NCBI GenBank assembly: GCA_020348305.1
Contig: CP070746.1
Coordinates: forward strand, 2,507,788 to 2,538,085
Source: Desulfobacterales bacterium
Lineage (GTDB): Bacteria; Desulfobacterota; Desulfobacteria; Desulfobacterales; JAHEIW01
Direction: 5' to 3'
Length of the DNA: 30,298 bases
The translations under genes and the position numbers were made by a program. Positions 1 through 8,355 of this stretch are shown one piece after another; position 1 is the stretch's first letter, and each line of letters begins with the position of its first letter. Under the pieces are notes generated by a model that saw nothing but the letters and a program-made list of their open reading frames with translations, was not told the DNA's origin and searched no databases.

Positions 1-455
1 CGCCCGTGGATGCCATCACGTGTTGGTCTTACAATTTCAGACATATCCGTCCACATGGAATCAAAACCATGACCAGAAAATTTTCCTTGGTACCCTGCTC
101 CGGAAACCGGTACCGCGGCTGTTTCAGCCTGAAGCCAGGTGGTTTGAATAATTTCTGGCGTCCAGTACTGATTCCCCAGCCGCTCATACTCAGGGTTGAT
201 CGTAAGGCTCAAAAGGCCTTTTGTGCAGTCCTGCACGCATGAAAAGCATCCCATGCAGTTGAAAAACAGGGCGTCGACGCTATCCAGATTTCGAATATAG
301 GTTGACTCCTCACGGTAACGATCATAGACACATGCCTTCTTTACACAGTTATGGCAATTGGCGCAGTCTTCACGCCAGTCCACAACGCCAAATTTGCCAA
401 CACGTGGCAGTCGGGGGGGAACAGGGGTTGTATGAATATGATATCTCTTTGGCAT
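1..455 (-). CDS. Ferredoxin-domain/FMN-type glutamate synthase subunit (archaeal-type GltB-like), 5' part only; continues beyond window start
   Basis: The ORF was absent from the supplied track because it has no stop inside the window, so it was translated by hand. ATG at 455 (reverse complement of 'cat' at 453-455), with AAGGTGAAGG about 8 nt upstream. Translation: MPKRYHIHTTPVPPRLPRVGKFGVVDWREDCANCHNCVKKACVYD...NCMGCFSCVQDC...GYQGKFSGHGFDSMWTDMSEIVRPTRDGIHG, with no stop down to position 1. Two Cys clusters resemble 4Fe-4S ferredoxin motifs, and the tail resembles the N-terminal region of the FMN-binding glutamate-synthase domain family. Assignment rests on recalled family features, not a search. 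Confidence 0.45.
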   Translation of the reverse strand, partial: MPKRYHIHTTPVPPRLPRVGKFGVVDWREDCANCHNCVKKACVYDRYREESTYIRNLDSVDALFFNCMGCFSCVQDCTKGLLSLTINPEYERLGNQYWTPEIIQTTWLQAETAAVPVSGAGYQGKFSGHGFDSMWTDMSEIVRPTRDGIHG

Positions 456-743
456 TTGACCTTCACCTTTTCCTTCCAAAGAAAGCCTAGTTCTTTTGGC
501 CGGGTCAGGGGTTTTCGGCTCTGCCTGTGCAAAACGTCCACGGAGTGTTGGAGTATTGGGGTATTGGAAAAATGATTTTTCAAAACCAGAGCTTCGATTC
601 GCGAATAGTGTATTGCCTATACACGATGAAAAAAATTCAATATCCGAAATCATCATTACTCCAGTACTCCAGCAGCTGCCTAATTTTTACCATCCTTCTC
701 TGAGGTAACATCAAAGCCGTGTTCTCTAAATCCAGATCTGCGC

Positions 744-1649
744 TTATAGCCCTGCAGCATTGATCACATCAGGCACAACCGCCTCTTTTCCGCCGGAGAT
801 AATGTGTATCCCTCTTAGCCCTTTAATACCTTTGATCCTTTTAACTGTTTCAGCACATATAGCCAGGCCCTCTTTCTTCTGGGCGTCTTCGTCGCCCACT
901 TGTTTCATGCGTTCAACAACCTTGCCCAGGGCACTGAAATCCGTGTACTTCTCTTTCAGTCTTTCTGCTTCTGTCACGCCTTCGATGGGCATCACGCCTG
1001 CCAGGATGGCTGTTTGTTCAGTAATACCTTCTTTTCGGGCGGCTTCAATCCACTGCTGAAATGCATCGATATCAAACACGGCCTGGGTCTGAATAAAGGT
1101 CGCACCAGCGGCAACCTTTTTTACCAGCCTGATGATATTCAATTCCATCGGTTTCAGGTCCGGATTTGCCGCAGCGCCCACAAGTACCGGAAATCTTCCC
1201 TCGATCTGGGTACCATTCAGGAGTATTCCCTCCGCGTTCATCTTCTTAACCGCTGCAATAAGCTGAATCGAGTCAATATCATAAACATTTGAGGACTCAG
1301 GGCTCAAGGTCAGTGCCTGGTGGTATCCGGATAGGCACAACACATTCCTGATTCCCAAAGATACCGCACCAAGCAAGTCCGACTGAATCGCAATACGATT
1401 CCTGTCACGGGTTACAATCTGGTACACCGGCTCTATTCCTAATCTTTTCAGCGCAACAGAACCGGCAAGGCTGGACATGACGGGCCCATGAGGATTATCG
1501 GCCACATTGACAGCCGTCAGCCCGGAATTAAAAAAGCGTTTCACCTTCTCGACAGCTGAACTGTCGGCACTTGGCTTTGGCAGGTATTCGGCGGTAACAA
1601 TGAAGCTGCCGGCTTCTATCTGACTTGCGAGTTGACTGTCATTCTCCAT
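744..1649 (-). CDS. metF: 5,10-methylenetetrahydrofolate reductase (acetogen/SRB-type MetF)
   Basis: 301-aa ORF whose sequence matches the MTHFR fold family (TIM-barrel type motifs ...LCLSGYHQ..., ...IQTQAVFD...). It lies in the conserved hdrCBA-mvhD-metV-metF gene context known from Moorella and Desulfobacterium. Confidence 0.85.
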   Translation of the reverse strand: MENDSQLASQIEAGSFIVTAEYLPKPSADSSAVEKVKRFFNSGLTAVNVADNPHGPVMSSLAGSVALKRLGIEPVYQIVTRDRNRIAIQSDLLGAVSLGIRNVLCLSGYHQALTLSPESSNVYDIDSIQLIAAVKKMNAEGILLNGTQIEGRFPVLVGAAANPDLKPMELNIIRLVKKVAAGATFIQTQAVFDIDAFQQWIEAARKEGITEQTAILAGVMPIEGVTEAERLKEKYTDFSALGKVVERMKQVGDEDAQKKEGLAICAETVKRIKGIKGLRGIHIISGGKEAVVPDVINAAGL

Positions 1650-1699
1650 CGTATGGTTTCCAAACAGCTGACCGTATCACGGATTATTACTATGCGAAA

Positions 1700-2152
1700 T
1701 TAGTTTTTCGGCACAACCGCTGCGCCAATGGTGCCGCTTCCTACAGGCACCGTCTTGGAGGACGCATAGTTTCTTATCCGTGTACAGAGATGTTCGATTT
1801 CGCCGGCGATCTGTTCCACTGCGCCTTCTTTATCAAGATGGGTGACTTGCATGCGTTCCCTGCCCAGCCCTGTTTCCTCAAGAAGAGCACGCACGGCTTG
1901 CGCTCGCTTGTGCGCCCGTAGATTTCCTTCAAGGTGTCTGCATTCACCCTTGGGACACGTTATCAAAACCGCACCGTCGGCCCCGGTTTCAAAAGTCTTG
2001 AGCAGATAAATAAGTTCCAACTTACCGGAACAGGGCAAACTGACGGTCTTTAACAGGTCATTCCCCCGTTGGCCGCAACACTGCCTCAAGTCCTCAATGT
2101 CAAGGCTGTTGGAGCAGTAAAAAATGTATATTTTCAAAGGTCGATCTGGCAT
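1700..2152 (-). CDS. mvhD: MvhD/FlpD-like [2Fe-2S] electron-transfer protein (methyl-viologen-reducing hydrogenase delta-subunit family), copy 2
   Basis: 150-aa ORF with KIYIFYCSNS...CCG...LPCSGKLE...GADGAVLITCPKGECRHLEGN. It is paralogous to the ORF at 3057-3509. Confidence 0.8.
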   Translation of the reverse strand: MPDRPLKIYIFYCSNSLDIEDLRQCCGQRGNDLLKTVSLPCSGKLELIYLLKTFETGADGAVLITCPKGECRHLEGNLRAHKRAQAVRALLEETGLGRERMQVTHLDKEGAVEQIAGEIEHLCTRIRNYASSKTVPVGSGTIGAAVVPKN

Positions 2153-2199
2153 ATTTCACTGCTTTGAAATTCAATTCATCTCATTTCAATAGGTTATAG

Positions 2200-2241
2200 A
2201 CTCCGGCGCCTGCCCTGGACCCCGATGCGGGGTTCGCCGGA
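2200..2241. other. GC-rich nested hairpin in the metV-mvhD2 intergenic region
   Basis: CTCCGGCG...CGCCGGAG outer stem (8 bp) encloses a CCCCG-ATG-CGGGG inner stem. No flanking T-run on either strand, so it is not a canonical terminator. Confidence 0.35.
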
Positions 2242-2391
2242 GAAACGAAATTGGGACTTTTTCGAAGCAATCAATCATGTTTCGATCATTGAATATTTGA
2301 ATTTGAGATTTATTTGTAATTTGGTTCTTGTAATTTGTAATTTTAAAATGGGCATCATCAATACCTTGTCCTATGGCACGGCCTTTGAATA

Positions 2392-3060
2392 TTAGATCCT
2401 ATGATCTTCACGAACAATAACACGGCATCCGCCGTCAAGGTTCATGCGCCAGTTCTTGGGCTGCTCTATCTTCCTGAGTCTGTCTAACTGGCCGATGCCC
2501 TTCAGCCGCTTATAAATAAGCTGCCAGGCGCATGAAAGGTCAGGTCGGACTTCGCAGCGATCCTCCCGGGAACCGCCGCATGGTCCGTTCAACATGTGCT
2601 TTGCACATCGGGTAATCGGGCAAATACCGCCATATTGATGTAGAACACACGACCCGCAAGCGGCGCATTTTTCGGCCCAAAGTCCCCTTTCTTCGAGTAT
2701 GCCGATAAAGGCCGTGTTTAAGCCGGGATAAACCGGCTTTTCAGCGTAACGTTCGGCAACCGCCTGAACACCGGCTCCGCATCCCAGAGATAGTATCACA
2801 TCATATTTTTCGATAGTTTCAGCAGCTTCTTCAATAAAAACATTGTCACATTGGCGCTCAATGGTAAGTTCGCCAATTTCGAAATCAAGCTCTTGAACAT
2901 TTGATGCGATACGCAATGCCGAAGAAATAATACTCACCTCGCGCTCTCCCCCGGCGAGACATACGGCAACACATGTGCCGCATCCCAGAACCAGGATCCT
3001 TTTGTTTCCTTTTAATATTTCAACAAGTTCAGGTATGCGTTTTCTTTGTGCAACTATCAT
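2392..3060 (-). CDS. metV: MetV-type Cys-rich MTHFR C-terminal-domain protein (small subunit associated with MetF)
   Basis: 222-aa Cys-rich ORF (GCGTCVAVC, CAACGSC, CPITRCAKHMLNGPCGG, CEVRPDLSCAW) positioned between mvhD and metF as in the Moorella thermoacetica hdrCBA-mvhD-metVF cluster. Its start overlaps the mvhD stop by 4 bp (ATGA). Confidence 0.7.
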   Translation of the reverse strand: MIVAQRKRIPELVEILKGNKRILVLGCGTCVAVCLAGGEREVSIISSALRIASNVQELDFEIGELTIERQCDNVFIEEAAETIEKYDVILSLGCGAGVQAVAERYAEKPVYPGLNTAFIGILEERGLWAEKCAACGSCVLHQYGGICPITRCAKHMLNGPCGGSREDRCEVRPDLSCAWQLIYKRLKGIGQLDRLRKIEQPKNWRMNLDGGCRVIVREDHRI

Positions 3061-3509
3061 CTATGGATCTCCTGTTTGACATTTACATGGTCCGACCTCA
3101 CGGGATTGGGTCCCAGCTTGCGAACAGTTTCAATCATGTCTTTAACTGTTTCTGCAAAAACGGTCCCCATGGCAGCTGAGATATTCACCATTCGCAGACG
3201 CTTTCTTTCTAAACCGCTTTCGGACAGAAGTTCACGGGCATAATTTACCCGGCGTTTGGCCATGAGATTGCCTTCGATAAAATGGCAGCTGCCCTCTTCG
3301 CAACCGGCCACAAGAACGCCGTCAGCGCCATATTCAAAAGCCCTCATGAAATATTCAACCTCCAGCTTACCGGTACAGGGAGTACGAATAATTCGGATAT
3401 TCGTCGGATATTGAAGACGCATGGAACCAGCCAGGTCCGCGGCTGCATATGCACAATAATGACAGCAAAAGGCAACAATTTTAGGCTCAAATGGATTTGC
3501 ACGCATCAT
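3057..3509 (-). CDS. mvhD: MvhD/FlpD-like electron-transfer protein, copy 1
   Basis: 150-aa ORF with KIVAFCCHYCAY...TPCTGKLEVEY...GADGVLVAGCEEGSCHFIEGN, the canonical MvhD Cys pattern. It lies immediately downstream of hdrL. Confidence 0.8.
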   Translation of the reverse strand: MMRANPFEPKIVAFCCHYCAYAAADLAGSMRLQYPTNIRIIRTPCTGKLEVEYFMRAFEYGADGVLVAGCEEGSCHFIEGNLMAKRRVNYARELLSESGLERKRLRMVNISAAMGTVFAETVKDMIETVRKLGPNPVRSDHVNVKQEIHR

Positions 3510-3660
3510 TAATATCTTGACTTCCTAGCCCGGACAAACCGGAACCAAAAAGATTCTATTATCACGAAAACACGAAAGGACCCCAGTATGATAGTACCTA
3601 CCTACGGGGCAGGCGAAATCACGAAAAAGAAATATATTTTTTAATTGAGAACCCCGTATC

Positions 3661-3694
3661 CTGACACCTAACACCCGAAATCTGAAATCTTCAA
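3661..3694. repeat. About 34-bp motif copy B (between the hdrL stop and the mvhD start)
   Basis: CTGACACCTAACACCCGAAATCTGAAATCTTCAA, in the same orientation as copy A. Confidence 0.45.
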
Positions 3695-3742
3695 TTTTTT
3701 ACCAACACATTGTAAGTTAACAAGCCCTAAGCGCCTAACATA

Positions 3743-6700
3743 TCACGCGGCTGTCTCTGTTTTTTGGGTTGAGGCTGCATCACTTAAAGAATGGAGCAGA
3801 TTGTCCAACATTACATTAAAATGCTTGGCCTCAAAATGGTTGAGCTGGATTGCACGGGCAGGACATTCCGACGCACAGATGCCGCATCCCATGCAATTGG
3901 CGACAGCAATTTCCGCTTTATGATCAGCGTTAACAAACGGAGCACCATAGGGACATGATTGAACACACGTCATGCATGCAATGCACTTGCTCTGGTCAAC
4001 CCTGCAAATCTGAGCACCGACTTCGAGGTGCGTCCTTGAAAGTACTGTAGCGGCACGGGCAGCTGTGGCACGGGCTTGAGAAATGTTTTCATCAATAAAT
4101 TTTGGTGAATGAGCAAGACCGCACACAAAGATACCCTCTTTGGCAAAGTCAATCGGCCGCAGCTTAAGGTGCGCCTCAACATAAAAACCGTCCGCATTTA
4201 ACGGCACCTTGAGCATATCGGCAATCTTTGTGTTATCTTCAGATGCACTTATGCCGGTGCTCAGCACAACCTTATCTGCTTCTATTTCAATAGTCTCAGG
4301 AAAGTCCGGGCTGTCAAACGTAACCCAAAGACCATCTTCTTCTGAAACCACGGGCGGTTTCTCCGCACTGTAACCAATAAAAACAACACCATTTCTTCGG
4401 GCCTCCTGGTAGTATTTCTCGCGGAAACCGTATGTCCTGACGTCCCTGTATAGGACGAAAACATTGGCATCAGGTGCTTTTGTTTTAATGCTCAATGCAT
4501 TCTTGATCGCCATCGAACAGCATATGCGGCTGCAGTAGGCCCGCTCTTTGTTGCGTGAGCCCACACACTGGATCATAACGATATTTTGCCCCGCTCCTGA
4601 AAATCGGTCGGCATGCAGCTGGTCTGCAAGTTCATGCTGTGTCATGACATGATCCGATTTGCCGTAACGGTATTCCCCTGTTTCGGCCCGCCCGGCTCCG
4701 GTGGCAACAATGATGGCCCCACACGGAGTCTCTGTTTGCTGACCCTTTTGCGAAAGCCTGATATTAAACTTACCGATATGCCCGGCAACAGCCTTCACTT
4801 CTGTCTCGAGATGAAGATCAATATTGGGATGATTCTCCACGCGCTGGATGAGATCCGATGTAAAACCGGAAATGTCATCATGCTCAAGCGTCCCATGGAT
4901 GTCTAAAAGATGCCCTCCCAGCGAACCGGACCGTTCAACAAGGTGAACATCAAAACCCTGGTCTGCCAGTGAAAGCGCGGCGGTCATTCCGCTAAGACCA
5001 CCGCCGATCACAAGGCCCGTTTGATTAATTTCAAGGGACTCGCCCTTCAGAGGTGAAAGCAGACGCGCCCTTGCAATTGACATCCTTGCAAGCTCAATGG
5101 CTTTTGAGGTGGCGGATTCCGGTTCAGATGAATGCACCCATGAGCACTGATCCCTGATATTGGCAAGCTCAAACAAATATGGGTTTAAGCCGGCTTCACG
5201 CAACGTTTCCCGGAATAAAGGCTCATGTGTACGGGGGGTACAGGAGGCAACCACGATACGATTCAGCCGGTGTCTGTGAATCGTTTCCTTGATATCTGAC
5301 AGGCTGGTATCAGAACAGGCGAACATTGAGTGTGTGGCCATAACAACATCCGGCTCACCGCAAACAGCTGCGGTCACTTTCTCAACATCAACTACAGAGG
5401 CGATATTCATACCGCAATGGCACACGAACACGCCGATTCGCGATTCTTCATCAGTTACGTCATGTTCGGCAGGATATTGCTTTCTGGCGGTAAGTGTATT
5501 CCTGGCCCCAGCCAGCAATTCCATTGACACGGATGCTGCTGCGCTTGCCTGTGTCACGGTTTCGGGAATATCCTTGGGTTCCTGAAACGCCCCAGCAACA
5601 AACACACCGGGACGTGATGTTTCAAGCGGATACAGCCGGTCTGTTGCGCAGAATCCAAATTCATTCAGCTCGATTCCAAGACGGGAAATGGTTTGCGAGA
5701 CGGAAGTTTTTGGATCAAGGCCCACGGTCAGGACAACGAGGTCAAAATCACGTTCTTCGAATTCGAAGTTGTCATTCACAAAACGGAGTCTGAGATCCTT
5801 TGTCCCGGGCATTTCGACAATACGTGAGGGCATGCTCTTCATGTACTGGATGCCGTCCATGCTTCTGGCACGCTCGTAATACGGATCAAAATCTTTGCCA
5901 AACGCCCGGATGTCCATGTAAAAAATGGCTGCCTCAAGCCCAGTCACGTGTTCCCGGGCAACCATCGCCTGCTTGGTCGTCGCCATGCAGCATATTGATG
6001 AACAGTATTCATTGCCGCATCTGGAGTCACGTGAACCCACGCATTGAATCCAGGCAATTTTGCGGGCCTCACGACCGTCTGACAGGCGCAAAACATGCCC
6101 CTGAAACGGCCCGGCTGCAGACAGCATTCTTTCAAACTGGACACTGGTGATCACGTTTTGATAACGATCGAAACCATACTCTGCCTTTATCTCTGCACGG
6201 AATTCATCGAAGCCCGGTGCAAGTATGACGGAACCGACGTCAAGCTCGATGATTTCTTCCGCCATCTCGTGATCAATTGCATTTTTCTCACAGGCTTCCG
6301 CACACGCCCCGCATTCCGAACACAAAGCGCAGTTCAGGCATCTTTCGGTTTCAGCCAGTGCGTCCTTTTCGGAAAAACATTTCTCGATTTCAAAAAATGC
6401 CTTAACCCGCTCCTGAGCCGGCAGTTCCTTTGCCATGGCACGCGGCTTATTTTCAATATTTTGTATGGAAGGGAGGTTATTTTCGGGAATCGATTTAAGG
6501 GCGTCCTCGAAACGCTGGATTGCCGCACTTTTGCCCTGCAGATAGTAATCTATGGACTCCGCTGCGCGCTTGCCTGCGGCAACCGCAGCGATGACAGTTG
6601 CGGGGCCGGTGACAATATCGCCGCCGGCAAAAATACCCGGCATGTCTGTCACACCATTTTTATCAGCTACAATATTGCACCACGTGTTTACCGGCAATCC

Positions 6701-8257
6701 AGGGGCTGATTCCCACAAAAGCCTATCCGGCTGGCTTCCAACGGCCAGAATCACCATATCCGCTTCTATCTCAAACTCCGATCGGTCTATTGGCACGGGC
6801 CGCTTTCTTCCGGATTCATCGGGTGTATCCAGTTTCATCCGGATGCATTTTACCCTGTGCAGCCGCCCGTTTTGATTACCGATAAATTCAACCGGAGCGG
6901 TAAGGAACCGAAAATAAATCCCCTCCTCCACGGCATGTTCCACTTCCGCCTTCATGGCCGGCATTTCAGCAGCTGTCCGGCGGTAGACAATGCTGACTTT
7001 TTCAGCACCCAAACGTGCTGCGCAACGGGCGGCATCCATGGCAACATCACCGCCGCCGATCACCACCACATGCCCATTTATGGAGGGTTTATCATTCTCG
7101 GCTACGGCTTTGCGGAGAAAATCCAACCCCTGTTCCACACCGTCAAGATTTTCTCCCTTCACGCCAATGGATGTCCCTTTCTGGGTTCCGATACCAACAA
7201 ATACCGCGCTAAAATCCGCTTGCAAATTTTCAATAGTTATGTCTTTTCCGACACGGCAGTTGTAGACAAGGCTAACGCCTTTGCGACGGATCAGCTCAAC
7301 TTCATAATCAAGAATATTTGCCGGGAGCCTGTATTCAGGAATACCCCAGCGCAGCATCCCGCCCGCTGCCGATGATGCTTCAAATATCGTTACCGCATAC
7401 CCGCGATCCGCGAGATCCTGGGCAGCGGTCAAACCGGAGGGTCCGGCACCGATAATGGCAACTTTTCTGGCATCCACCGCCGGTGTTTTTTCCTTTGGGA
7501 GGGCGATGATACCGGCTTCAACCATTTCCATTTCTTTGTCAGCGGCAAACCGTTTCAACTGTCTGATGGCTACCGCAGAATCAAACCGGCTACGGGTACA
7601 TGCACTTTCGCATGGATGCGTGCATACGCGGCCGCATATGGCTGCCAGGGGATTGCGTTCCCTAATCAGTTTGACCGCCTTGACATACTCTTTTTTCTTT
7701 ATCAGCTGGATATATCCCTGGACATTTATGTTTGCCGGACATGCGATTTTACAGGGTGCATGACCCAACTTGAAAATTTCTGGGACATTGGGTATGGCCT
7801 GCACCGAATGCTTGGCGATTGCCTTGCGGGTTCCCAGACTGCGGTTAAAGCGGTCCTTTATATCAACCGGACAGATCTCGGTGCAGTCACCACAATCATT
7901 GCAAACATGCTCGTCAACATATCGCGGATACTTTTTGATGATTGCTGTAAAATTTCCCGGTTGACCCTCAATCTGAATCAATTCAGATAAGGTATGAATC
8001 TCGATATTCAGATTGCGGTCACACTCGACAAGTTTGGGTGAGACAATGCAGGTTGCACAGTCACCGGTTGGAAAAGTCTTGTCCAGCTGGGACATCATGC
8101 CGCCAATGGAAGCTGAACGTTCGATGATGTAGACCTTGAAACCGGAGTTGGCCAAATCAAGCGAGGCCTGAACCCCTGCAATGCCGCCCCCCTGGACAAG
8201 CACTGCGCCTATTTTTTTATTTCCACCTATTCGCATATCATCTGTATTTTCTGACAC
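3743..8257 (-). CDS. hdrL: HdrL: giant HdrA-like flavoprotein with two tandem HdrA modules and an inserted GltD/NfnB-like NAD(P)H:FAD oxidoreductase domain
   Basis: 1504-aa ORF. N-terminal FAD-binding GAVLVQGGGIAGVQASLDLA with a CxxC cluster. Multiple ferredoxin motifs (CNDCGDCTEICP, CLNCALCSECGACAEAC, CIACMTCVQSCPYG, CMGCGICASECP). An internal GltD-like region (CKIACPANINVQGYIQL; KVAIIGAGPSGLTAAQDL; HVVVIGGGDVAMDAARCAARLG). Two HdrA signature stretches (WIQCVGSRDSRCGNEYCSSICC and MIQCVGSRNKERAYCSRICC). The start is an apparent GTG at 8257; an in-frame ATG 7 codons downstream is an alternative. Confidence 0.85.
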   Translation of the reverse strand: MSENTDDMRIGGNKKIGAVLVQGGGIAGVQASLDLANSGFKVYIIERSASIGGMMSQLDKTFPTGDCATCIVSPKLVECDRNLNIEIHTLSELIQIEGQPGNFTAIIKKYPRYVDEHVCNDCGDCTEICPVDIKDRFNRSLGTRKAIAKHSVQAIPNVPEIFKLGHAPCKIACPANINVQGYIQLIKKKEYVKAVKLIRERNPLAAICGRVCTHPCESACTRSRFDSAVAIRQLKRFAADKEMEMVEAGIIALPKEKTPAVDARKVAIIGAGPSGLTAAQDLADRGYAVTIFEASSAAGGMLRWGIPEYRLPANILDYEVELIRRKGVSLVYNCRVGKDITIENLQADFSAVFVGIGTQKGTSIGVKGENLDGVEQGLDFLRKAVAENDKPSINGHVVVIGGGDVAMDAARCAARLGAEKVSIVYRRTAAEMPAMKAEVEHAVEEGIYFRFLTAPVEFIGNQNGRLHRVKCIRMKLDTPDESGRKRPVPIDRSEFEIEADMVILAVGSQPDRLLWESAPGLPVNTWCNIVADKNGVTDMPGIFAGGDIVTGPATVIAAVAAGKRAAESIDYYLQGKSAAIQRFEDALKSIPENNLPSIQNIENKPRAMAKELPAQERVKAFFEIEKCFSEKDALAETERCLNCALCSECGACAEACEKNAIDHEMAEEIIELDVGSVILAPGFDEFRAEIKAEYGFDRYQNVITSVQFERMLSAAGPFQGHVLRLSDGREARKIAWIQCVGSRDSRCGNEYCSSICCMATTKQAMVAREHVTGLEAAIFYMDIRAFGKDFDPYYERARSMDGIQYMKSMPSRIVEMPGTKDLRLRFVNDNFEFEERDFDLVVLTVGLDPKTSVSQTISRLGIELNEFGFCATDRLYPLETSRPGVFVAGAFQEPKDIPETVTQASAAASVSMELLAGARNTLTARKQYPAEHDVTDEESRIGVFVCHCGMNIASVVDVEKVTAAVCGEPDVVMATHSMFACSDTSLSDIKETIHRHRLNRIVVASCTPRTHEPLFRETLREAGLNPYLFELANIRDQCSWVHSSEPESATSKAIELARMSIARARLLSPLKGESLEINQTGLVIGGGLSGMTAALSLADQGFDVHLVERSGSLGGHLLDIHGTLEHDDISGFTSDLIQRVENHPNIDLHLETEVKAVAGHIGKFNIRLSQKGQQTETPCGAIIVATGAGRAETGEYRYGKSDHVMTQHELADQLHADRFSGAGQNIVMIQCVGSRNKERAYCSRICCSMAIKNALSIKTKAPDANVFVLYRDVRTYGFREKYYQEARRNGVVFIGYSAEKPPVVSEEDGLWVTFDSPDFPETIEIEADKVVLSTGISASEDNTKIADMLKVPLNADGFYVEAHLKLRPIDFAKEGIFVCGLAHSPKFIDENISQARATAARAATVLSRTHLEVGAQICRVDQSKCIACMTCVQSCPYGAPFVNADHKAEIAVANCMGCGICASECPARAIQLNHFEAKHFNVMLDNLLHSLSDAASTQKTETAA

Positions 8258-8285
8258 CTGACACCTGGTAACCTGAAACCTCTGA
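8251..8285. repeat. About 34-bp motif CTGACACCTGACACC..CTGAAACCT (copy A, overlapping the hdrL start codon)
   Basis: CTGACACCTGACACCTGGTAACCTGAAACCTCTGA has a tandem GGTGTCAG x2 on the coding strand. It is about 76% identical to copy B at 3661-3694. Confidence 0.45.
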
Positions 8286-8355
8286 TCTGTCTTCTGTCTT
8301 CTATCCTCTGTCCTCTTTCATCTTTCCTCTGTCATCTGTCATCTGCCTTCTGCCC
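8286..8355 (-). repeat. Polypurine low-complexity intercistronic spacer (coding strand) between hdrB and hdrL
   Basis: The coding strand is about 70 nt of almost pure A/G with reiterated GACAGA / AGAGGA units (CAGATGACAGATGACAGAGGAAAGATGAAAGAGGACAGAGGATAGAAGACAGAAGACAGATCAGAGG). Confidence 0.5.

Noticed and set aside
6-708. Small plus-strand ORFs at 6-242, 302-490, 351-575 and 496-708
   Set aside because: They overlap or abut the minus-strand ferredoxin/FMN glutamate-synthase-like ORF (1-455) or its promoter region. They have no motifs and no RBS.
2374-2389. TGGCAC-N5-TTGAA sigma-54-like motif on the plus strand
   Set aside because: It has one mismatch in the -12 element and points antisense into metV with no plus-strand gene downstream. 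It is probably fortuitous.
5289-7990. Multiple 60-200-aa ORFs on the plus strand (for example 6095-6709, 6857-7375, 7616-7990)
   Set aside because: All are antisense to hdrL, whose 1504-aa translation carries contiguous HdrA/GltD motifs. The antisense products are Cys/Arg-rich nonsense.
3743-8257. In-frame selenocysteine (TGA) in HdrA-like protein
   Set aside because: The ORF is continuous for 1504 codons with Cys at all expected positions, so there is no recoded stop.
8258-8355. Possible CRISPR-like or tandem-repeat array (reiterated CTGACACC / TCTGTC units)
   Set aside because: Units are 6-8 bp, degenerate and contiguous without spacers. This is a polypyrimidine/polypurine low-complexity tract, not a CRISPR array.
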